Of a DNA stretch of 64,000 nucleotides, positions 23,837 to 33,904 are shown piece by piece (position 1 is the stretch's first letter; each line of letters starts with the position of its first letter). Below the pieces are notes generated by a model that saw nothing but the letters and a program-made list of their open reading frames with translations, did not search any database and had not been told where the DNA came from. Position numbers and translations under genes: made by a program. This DNA is from Cirrosporium novae-zelandiae (taxonomy: Eukaryota): contig JAPETS010000019.1 of assembly GCA_026023565.1 (NCBI GenBank), positions 1-64,000 on the forward strand, given 5' to 3'.

Positions 23837-26764
23837 CTTGATTCTAACCGTGTTACCTACGACACAAAATTCAGTGAAAAGCATGCAATTTTTGGGTGTA
23901 TCATAATCCCGAAACAAACTCCTTCAATGGCCTTGTTGCCATATCTTCCCCTGCAGGACAGGGAAGAAGTTTGGGTCACCGCTAGGATATGCATTCAACT
24001 CCAAAGTAAGATCTCTTATGATTTATTATCTACCCCACCCTCACCTACTTTCGATAAATCCTGCATCATGGGTCTCTTGGTGAACCTTTCAAAAACAGGA
24101 GCATCCACTGTTGACACTCTACCACGCTTAGGCGTCGCGCCTGCGGCTCCAGCTGCCTTATTCGACCCCCATCGCTTTAGGACATTCTTCCTATAGCTCC
24201 TCTTAGTATTCTAATACCCACCAGTTCATTGCTGTGAGATACTCGACTTGCCTGTATTATCTCGTCCCTTCTCTGGCTTCTTCTCTCCCTAGATCACTCT
24301 TCTCTCTCTTAAACACTCCTCTCTCTTGCAAAGAACTCCTCGCCGAACCGTTTAGCCTCCTACATAATTATTCAATTATTCTAATATATATTTATTAATA
24401 TACTATTACCCAATCCCAGATATGGCTATATATATAAAGATAAAGAAGGTTTACTAGTAGTAGTAGTCTTTTCATCTTGGTTGCTAAAACTTGTCCTCCT
24501 TTATTCTCATAGCTAACAGCTATCTTTTGTTTTTAGAACGCGATTGAAGCGAACCGTTAAACTGGGTTCTAGCAATGTTATATCAATTCAAGAAATTTAT
24601 TCAGAAATATATACAAGAGAAAGAATGCTGCTGAGATGATTTAGTTCATCCTATAATTTCTTTTCTAAAAAAGAGACGAGATCTCAACGGTAATTTCTTG
24701 ATCCAGAGGCCTTTCAGTTGCCCCTGTGATCACTCCACTGTGAACTTCTTCTAACACTTGAAGGTGGATAACCCTCTGGGTGAAATCGTGTCAGCCAAAT
24801 CAACTACAGCAACTACATCCATCACATCGTATGTCTCACATCACGGATTCGTGATGTAGCTTTGGGGTAGGCCGTAGACATGATGGATGGGTCGTCTCGA
24901 AGCCTTGGTTACTGTAGCTACGAGCGAGGAGAAGGCTGCTACGACATGGCCAGAAAGTCTACCTTGATACGTCTGTGATGCAGATGTACATTCAAGAATG
25001 GATGTGTCATCATGAAAGTTGCACTCATCTTTTCACCTTGGATGGTCGCAGGATCCATCCAGGTTGGATATGTTTGAATGAGCGTTGCTCTCGGTTCTTG
25101 ACACTCCTTGACCGATGAAGGTGGATTACCACCTCAAGTTCTGATTCATCAGAATCAGAGGAATCGAATCCAGATTCAGACTGGGAAAATGACTCCGAAT
25201 TTGACGATGCAGCGTCCAGAGAACCTCTCGAAATTCAATATAAAGTCCGGTGCTGCGGAAGAAGTCACTTTTGCAAAATTGGAAGAAGAAGAGGAGGAGG
25301 AGGCAATTCGGTAAATCAATGACTACCAAAGGGGATAACTTCGACCTAAGACGAGATGAACTTTACTATTAAGGGGGGGCACAGGCATATAGTTGGAACT
25401 GACGAACAGAAAAGGCAAGCCCGCAAATAGCACTAGTGTTTCCTACACAGGTTATATCCACATACCCTCCAACAAACTCCAATAGTCCAACTTCAAGTTG
25501 ATTTACGTGATGACACGGTTGCGTAGATACCGAATCAATCAAACCATAAAGAGAAAACCCATGTTACACAGTCGGCTCCCCTCCTCGTCTCCTCTCCTAG
25601 CCCTACCCAACAAGCGCTTTGATAGCAGTGGCAAAGCAAGTAGGGTTAACTCCTTGATCACCTTTCAACAAGGGTTGCTCCCCCCATCAACAAACCCTGA
25701 AAAGTCTAGACCGGCTAAATACATAAATCCATACAAAGGCCCCCTTTTCTTTTTATATAACTAGATAGCATTGGCTTCACTTTTTGATCCATTCCTCTAC
25801 TTCAATTACAATTATCTTTCATTAGAAAATAACAATTTTGATTACAGAACTCTACTCTCTCCCATGATCCTCCAATTACCTGAAAATGAGGTCTCAGATT
25901 CATGTTCTATATATAATTATTATTATTTATCCAAGGAAAAATCGAAAATCAAAGCTTTTTTTATACTGTATTTTACCGCACTCTCGTCTAGTGAAGCTAA
26001 TGCTAAGGCTGCACTCGCACCTTCAGACGCAGCAATTATAATGAATCTACCTCTAAAATTCTCCTCTGTCAATCGGACCCTCCATCTCCCCTCCCCTCCT
26101 CTACCCCATGATGCCCGATTTTGACATCTTCGTCTCCTTACTAGAACAGAGGCTCTCTCCAAACCCTATTCCTGTTCGGGGGGAAGCAAGATTTCATGAT
26201 CTCCCTTCTTGGAAGACTGGACGAATGAGGATGCAAGAAAGGAACCAAGCCATCCTTATACTCTGGCCGAGGAGATTGACGCGTGTAAGAATTCCTCTAA
26301 TTTTTTTTACGAAATCTCCGACAACCCCAACGCGCATGGCGAATGGATATGGTATTTATTTATTTATTCATTCATACCGTGGACTTAACGAAAACGACCG
26401 TACAGTGTTGTATTCTGATTTAAATAATTCGACTGATCCCTTCAACTATCCTTTCATCTAGACTAGGTTTTGTTTCGTTGGGAAAATGGAAGCAGAGACA
26501 AGAGACTCCGTGAAGAGGAAAGGGGACTCAGCTGCCAAGGAGTGAAACCACCATGCTGCCATTTTTGCGGCGCTTGAACCAAGGTGACTTTGGCTCCGAT
26601 GCCCCTGATGAAGAGTTCTAAGCGGGCAAGGGGACAATATGATCATGCCTTCCAAAGTCGCTTGTTGCTTGTTCATAGCCAGGGGGCCAGAGATGTCGGT
26701 TGCGATCCTCATTCCTACTCATAGAACATCCTTTATATCTTCCAAGCAAGCAAATCAGCAGGCA

Positions 26765-28950
26765 GGCGGATAATATCCCCCCAACAAAATTGCTTAGTCT
26801 AGCTTAAGGGGTGTCGGCTACTATTTTATCATCATCTTATCTTCGCCCTCATCCTCACCCGTGCCAACACTGCCGGTGGAGAATTGATGGCCGGTGACCT
26901 AATTCATGATAAGAGATCTCAAGCAGACAGCCGAGTAACAATCCAATACAATTGATTTGGTTTACTCTGGAAAGTGAAGATGGACAATAGAGATTCAATC
27001 ACAGCACCAAAATTGCTGATTCAAACTAGAAGGCCGGTGTCGATTAAAACCCCCGTCTTGTTGATTCAGCTGGAATCATCATCCAGATCCAATATCTCAA
27101 AGGGTGAAGTCACTAGGAAGCTTCTTCACCAATGATGCACAAGTCTCAAGAACCGAAATAACATCCCCCAAAGCGGCTTGTCGCTCGTTCCAAAAAAAAG
27201 GGCAAGGAATACCGGTTACGACTCTTATCCTCGTCATCCCCATCCTTATCCTCACCCGCCCTAACATTGCTCAAAGCTCCAGGTTCCAGTGGCTTCCAAA
27301 GGAATTGATGGCTAGTGATATATAACTTATAATATAAAAAAAACTTTCAAGCAGATAATTAAATAATATCCCCTCAACAAAATTACTATATTCTTAACCC
27401 GGGAGCCAGGAGGTGCCGGTTGTGACCTTTTTTTCTCTCGTCAATTTCAATCGTGCTGGTGTCGATATCCAGATCTAATACCTCGAGGAAAATCTGTAGG
27501 CCGTGGCCCGGGCCATAACAAGAAGTACCAAGCAACAAGCTCGTATCCCCAAAAGCCGCTCGTTGCCTAAGAAGCCAACAAAGCGTCGCAAGTGCGGCGA
27601 GTCCAAGGCACCCAGGGCTGCAGCCGAAGAAGCCTCCACGCCAACTGATGATGATCCTCCAAAGAGAAAATGGGGAAGACCAAGGAGGGCACCAACAATC
27701 AAGAAAGAAACTTCGCCAGATCCAATCTCTACTCATCATTCTCATCGTTTATTCTTAATCAGGAATGCCGGTTAGAACTCTTACCCTCGTCACTTTCATC
27801 CTTATTCTTGCCAGCATCCCAGGCATCCAATATCAATACCTCGAGGGAAATGTGTAGCCCGAGGACTAGGCTATAATAAGGAGTTCTAAATAAACAACCA
27901 GTTTGATCCTACAGCCACTGACATCTCAGCGAAAATAATTGGACCAGACGCCAAGGTACGTTAATTTTATGTTCTTGTCTAATAAATAAACTAAAGTTTA
28001 TTTTCTATTTAGGAGTCCTTATGGGCGATCAGCCTATTTGCGGAAGATCGATTATCCAATATAGAGTTGGATATCATGCGTGCGAACAAATCTTGACTGA
28101 CGATCGAAACATCGACTACTGGCATCTATATCAATATCGATATCCAACCTCCTAAAAGAAATCCGTGGCTAGTAACCTAACTGATAATAAAGAAATTTCA
28201 ATTACACTACAGAAGAACAACACAATCAGCCAAAATTACTTATTCCCAAATAGTGTCCGTTACACCCATCATCCTTTATCCTCATCCCCATCCATGCCAA
28301 CACTGCTGGTATCAATATCAATAATCTAAATTCAAATCTAATACCTCGAGAGAAACCGGTGATCAATGACCAACCCAATGTCAGACGAAGAGTTCCAAGC
28401 AACGAAATAGTAATCCTCCCTCAAAATTTCTTATTCCTAATCAAGGGGCTAAAGGGGTGCTGATTACACCCTTCCTTCGCTAACGTCCGCATCCATTCTC
28501 GTCCTCATATCTATCTCTGCCAAAACTGCTCTGCTGGAACCAATATTCAAAGCTCGAGTAGAAACACATGGTTCAGTCAGGGGTGGAAAAGGAAAAGATT
28601 TTTTTCTTCAACTGTTTGGTCTATCTGTCTGTCTGCTGTTGGGTCCGGCAGATATTCTCTTTATTATTTATTATTATATATACTTTTATATTATCGGTGT
28701 TGTTGGTGGCAAGATGCTTGCTGGATCCGCTCGTCATCGTTCGTCTTCATCCCCATCCGTTCCAACACTGCTCTGCTGGCATCAATTATCAATACCCATA
28801 TCAAACTTCAGATCCAGAGTTGAAGCTGTGTTTCTGCAACCGTTTGGTTTGTCTGTCTGTGAGGTCCGGTGGTTATTCCCTCTATTAGTTGTTATATACA
28901 CACAAAAGATTTTATTTGAGAGTTCTATGCTCTTATATTATCGTTGATGT
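26765..28950 (+). repeat. Degenerate tandem array A (irregular ~200-450 bp units, same orientation)
   Basis: Recurrent motifs: CCAACACTGC (26864, 28297, 28762; variants ~27260, 28520), AATACCTCGAG (27477, 27835, 28340), GAATTGATGGC (26881, 27302), ATAAYATCCCC (~26770, ~27158, ~27363). Confidence 0.7.
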
Positions 28951-29260
28951 GTTGGCTATTATATGCTCTCCTGACTACATCCGTTTTCCTCTTTCGATGT
29001 CTTTACCACTTCTTCCACATCTACTCATAGTACCGAAGTACCCACGTTGCGAAAACGTTTCCTATAGTTTACTGCATGCTTTCCAGACCAACATCCCAAT
29101 TCCCATCACTTTATCCATATCTACCTACTTTTACCCTTTCCATCCCATTCCTCCAACTCACACAAATTCTTATTTCTCTAACCTTCCATACAATCATCTT
29201 TACAATCCTTATTGCAACTTGAACCACAATTATCATTAGACGACAAAGTATATTACAAAC

Positions 29261-29887
29261 ATAGCTCCACCTAAGAAAACTGATGAACCATCTCAGCAAC
29301 CTCAGAGAATTTCTTAGAGGATTGCTGAACAACAGAAAAGCAAAAATCAACGTGCCAAATAAAATACGCAAAAACTATTTTCATCAAACCCTCAGATAGA
29401 TACACAGCAGCGAGCACTACCTATAGTAGCACTGGGCCGTACATACCGGAACATGGATCAGTTCACCCAGTACATAGAAACTCTGGAACCTGAACCGCGC
29501 TACCAAATGCAGCTGGCAGCGGCTGAATCATTAGAATCGGGAGCTATATACCTGGGCGACTAGGCGGACCTGCTATGGAATTACATTAAATTAGACACTG
29601 CTTGAACTAGGACTGGAAGAACATCGCAAACAGTAGAGGCTAACTTTTCAGAGTTACGAGAAATAGCCTCCCAGGGTCGAAATATCCAAAAACGACGACA
29701 GGAAGCTATCAGCAACATCGGTACAAAGTACAAAGACTTAGGCAAAATCCTTGAGCAACACAATCCAGAACTAGTGACCGGACCATACCTGAAAGCTTTG
29801 CGAGCTGTACTGCAGAAGAACTACCAAAAGGCTCGCCTATGGTGCGAAAACGACATCCTCACCCTTATTACGAGCTTTCTTTCTTAA
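29261..29887 (+). pseudogene. RIP-like inactivated 208-codon ORF of unrecognised family ((M)APPKK...LWCENDIL)
   Basis: Single frame from ATA (probable ATG>ATA) to TAA, with premature stops TAG 29315, TAA 29360, TAG 29561, TGA 29603. Intact ATGGCTCCACCTAAG start copy at ~34223; WCENDI copies at ~30199 and ~31333. Confidence 0.65.
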
Positions 29888-30731
29888 TAATATTCACTTC
29901 TTATTCTATCACTACCATCATGGATTATACTATTCAAACTTGCGCGTGGGGTTTGCCAGTGCCAGTTCCGAAAGAAGAAAATTATATTTTTTTGAATTAA
30001 GAATTAGTTTTATATATACACACATGTATAACAAAAAAGTTATTTGAGAGAGCGATATGGTATGGCTCTTATATGTTACTTCATGCTTTCCTGATCACAA
30101 TCTTTTTTCCCTTCTTTCTCCGTCTTTCTTAATCCATCATCCCTTATTTTTAAACTCTTCCCCGATACCCACACATCGAGCATCAAAAGACTCGCCTTTG
30201 GTGCGAAAACGACATCTTCGCCTCCCTAATAAGCTCTTTAGATCCGGTCATTCTTGCTCTTTCACATCATCTTGGATCTGGAACCTCCAAACCACAAAAC
30301 GCCAGATGGAAAACACGAATGGGCTTGCTTGTTTTTTTTTTTTGAATCATCGTGCTGATGCTGAGAAAGAAAGATTATAATCAAGATAAACTTTCTATGG
30401 TTATATTTTTTTCTTTTTTCTTTTCTTGTATTTCTTCTTCCATTTTTGCCTCTAGCACCAAGACCCGCGCAGTTATGGAAATTCGGGGAATGGATTTATT
30501 TTGCTTATTACATACAGTCAAGTAACGTTGCCAACCCTCCTAAAAAATCATACCACCGAACCAAAGACCCAATATCTACCTTAAAAATCATGCACACACA
30601 CATATATGCGTGCAGAAAGAGAATGTCTAAAAACTATAATCCCCCTTTTACCGTTAGCTTATTATTTTTTCAATATCTTTACTACACCCTCTTCGTCCTC
30701 GTCTTCCATCAAATACCAAAAGCTCACTAGT

Positions 30732-31013
30732 AACGACGAGAAACTCAAACTGGCGGAAAAAATAATCCAAATCCTATTTGGCTAATATGGTAGCCGGCTT
30801 TTCTGGAAGAACTGCGCCGCTCGACTATAGATCGACGCCGCCACCGAACAGAAGAGTCCTCCTGATCCTAAATTTAGTGGTGTCTAGGGCGAGCGTTTCT
30901 AGGTTAGGACACCCCAACCTGGCTCCCGCGCTCCAGGTGTTGGTGGAAAGGAAGAGTATTCCCGGTACTCTGGGGCAGCGAACGGCATTCCATTCAATAG
31001 CTATGTAGGGTGA
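30732..31013 (+). pseudogene. Second copy of the EKLKLAE..LFWKxCAAR..PPDPKFS domain
   Basis: Translates NDEKLKLAEKIIQILFG*YGSRLFWKNCAARL*IDAATEQKSPPDPKFSGV*GERF*VRTPQPGSRAPGVGGKEEYSR; ungapped match to 23573-23800. Confidence 0.75.
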
Positions 31014-32781
31014 CTGCAAATCGGGGTAAAGCAGTTGATAAGATCGTAGAACTCTACACTACACTACTCTACACTACATCACTGTCTGTGTGGACCCACC
31101 TTTATATGGATGGATTATAATGCACAGTACAGCCTCGGTTATCCTAGAATTACTTCCGAGAAAAGAAAGATTATATCACTAAATTGAAAATCAATTATAT
31201 AGTACGCAAAAGAATCCATTCGAGAGAGCTGTATGGTATAGCTCTTATATTACTGTTGAATACTTTCACTACAAATTTTCAGTTACACTCCATCCTTCCT
31301 ATCGTCCACCACCAAGAAGAACCCACGGTCCATGGTGCGAAAATGATATCTTCCCACACTGCATGCTTCCTCTCCGACCAGTGAGGGACGAGACGACCAA
31401 GGACATCCTAAGCGATCAAAGATTTTCCTATGCCTCTAACATTCTTGACAAAGAGATGAGAAGTACACTATACACTCGCGGCCAATTCGAGAATTAACTT
31501 CTGAGAGAAAAAAAAAGATTGGGTTATTGGAATTAAAAGTTAATTATATACTACCCAACAAGAAGTTATGCCAGAGCCATCACATCACGCTCTTATATTA
31601 TTTTTTTACTTTGCAAATATTAAAATCAACTTCACTTCATTTCATGCTTTCTCTATCGTTTGAGAGACGCTTCGTATAGCTCTTCTTTTCTTTCCTCCCC
31701 CTCCTTAACAATTGGAATGTGAGTTGCAATACCCATTATACCAACAAAAAATAAAGAGAAAGAGGTCAATGTTCCCAGATCTATAAAAAGCACACATAAC
31801 TAATCGTTTAAAATCATCCCCGATAAACGCGACACCAGACGCCCCACTATCGATAGGATATATAACCACCCTACTACTGTACGATATATATCTTGGTTTA
31901 AAAACTGGAGCATCCCTAGTGAACTTGGTTCAAGATGTCTTTCCTAGCTAAACCATTGAACCCTTCCTCCAGTACAATTTACAAATGAAGGGAAGTTTGT
32001 TGGTGGCACAACAAGGCTAAAGGACCTGACAAACCCACCTGCGCAAACTATCCAAGACCCAAGAAGGGAAAGGGACTAGTAATAAAGGTAAAGGCAGGGC
32101 CAAGGCGTACCTCAAGGCAGCCAAAACCTTTAGTTGGTTGGTCGCCTGGGCTATCGGCATGCCGAAAACCAAGAACAGGAAGATGGGTACGATCAACCTC
32201 AAGGATTCGTCACGACCACGAAAATGGTGGTTGGACTAACCAACCAACCTTGCTGGCTGAAGAATATCGAAATTGATTGAAAGTAATACAACTCACGAAG
32301 CTGGGACTTTTAAACTTTGTGTTACTTTAGGACTTCACAGAGATTTTAAAGTGGTTGCAAATGCCGTGCTTTATTCTTCATTCCTTTTGAAATTATTGGC
32401 AAAAAGGGTATGGAGGGTAAAACTCACAATTCTAACCAGGCACTTCATACCTTGAACCTCTTACAAGGTGCCGTCCTCTAAGGAAACGAAAATTTAAATA
32501 CAACACACAAAAAGATATTTTTATTCGAGATCTCTACATAATATGGCTCTCATATTATTCCGATGATCATTATTATTTCCCTGACACAACAAATAAGTTT
32601 CCATACGATCTTTCCCTTTCCTCTTGCTCGTTCTTTTCTATTATTTCTTCTCTATCTTTATTTTCTAACACTTTATAAAACTCTTCCGCGATTACGAGGC
32701 GTGTGTGTGGGTTTTGTTTTGTTTGTTTTTCAAAAAATAATACTAATTCTGAAAAAAGAGTATCTCTATCTAAGGATCTAG

Positions 32782-33277
32782 TGTTAGAACTTTAGTGTTT
32801 ACGGTCTTTAGTGACCGTTGGTAGAGTGATACCCTCATAGTTAAGTTTCGCTCAGCAATCCACAACAACAAACATATTCATCAATCAGTAAGATCATTGA
32901 ACTAAAGATCGATTTCGCTATTTCGCCTACGATGTATGCTCAATAATGTGAAATGACTACAGCTGGCCGATGATGGCCACATACGCTCACAATCTCGAGG
33001 CCAGTCGCCGCCCTGGGCGTGGAGAATCTTGGTGGTGCTGCTGGAAGATCTGCAACAAGTGCATAGTCGTCGCAGAGTAAGTGGGGTCGATGCTGGTAGG
33101 AGGCTACTTCGCCGCAGCGGGGGGGAGTATTCCTCCTTGGTGCTTCTCGCCAGAGTTATGATGGATATTGCTGGATTCTCACGAATCAGTCTCCCGTCCA
33201 TTTGCTCCGACTCGCTTTATTGATCTTCGCAATCATTGACCGAACAGGTGGTGCATTATAGCACCACACCATCTACA
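32782..33277 (-). mobile_element. Probable solo LTR (~496 bp) inserted in array B
   Basis: GC-richer insert bounded by TGTTAGA / TCTACA, with a TATA-containing hairpin GTGGTGC-ATTATA-GCACCAC near one end. Removing it restores ~290-bp array spacing. No TSD recognised. Confidence 0.4.
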
Positions 33278-33749
33278 CCTCCTAAAAATCCCACTATATA
33301 TGGATACAAAAGAAGTTAATTTGAGAGCTCGACGCTTTTATAAATCGTTGGTTATATTGCAACACAATTAATCAACCTCATTATATCCTTTTTCCCCAAT
33401 AATATCTTCTACTTCCCACTCGCTGGTTTCTTTTTGCCACCATTTCTATTTTTATTTCTTATACACAAAGCCCCTTTCCGATTCATTCGAAGCAAGGTGC
33501 GTGGGTGGGTGTGCTTGTTTGTTTTGTTGAATACTCCGGAGTAAACTCTAAGGAGGTTAGGTTAGATTACTGAATTACGAATTAATTATATAGGCAACAA
33601 GGATTTATCCGAGGGCTCTCTATGCTTTTTATAGGTTATCATTTTCTGATATTATAGCCAATTTCACCACAATCTTTCCAACAATATCTTCTACTTCCCA
33701 TTCTATGGTTTTTTTCCACCACTTCTATTTTTATTTCTTAACACAAGAG

Positions 33750-33904
33750 CAGGGAAGGGAATAGACCAGACTGACCAGACCCTAGGGCATATGCCCTGAG
33801 GCTCACCATATAAGGCGAGCCTCCCATTTAGCTTAGCACACCATCCAATACACTTATCACCAGTCAGACCTAGTCATTTATCCATGACCCTAAGCCCGCT
33901 GACA
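33750..33904 (+). mobile_element. Diverged solo-LTR relic related to the 21924-22073 LTR
   Basis: Colinear blocks TAGGGCATA..CCCT, AGGCTCACC..TATAAGG.GAGCCTC, TATCACCAGTCAGA, TCCATGACC, ending CTGACA. Confidence 0.75.
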
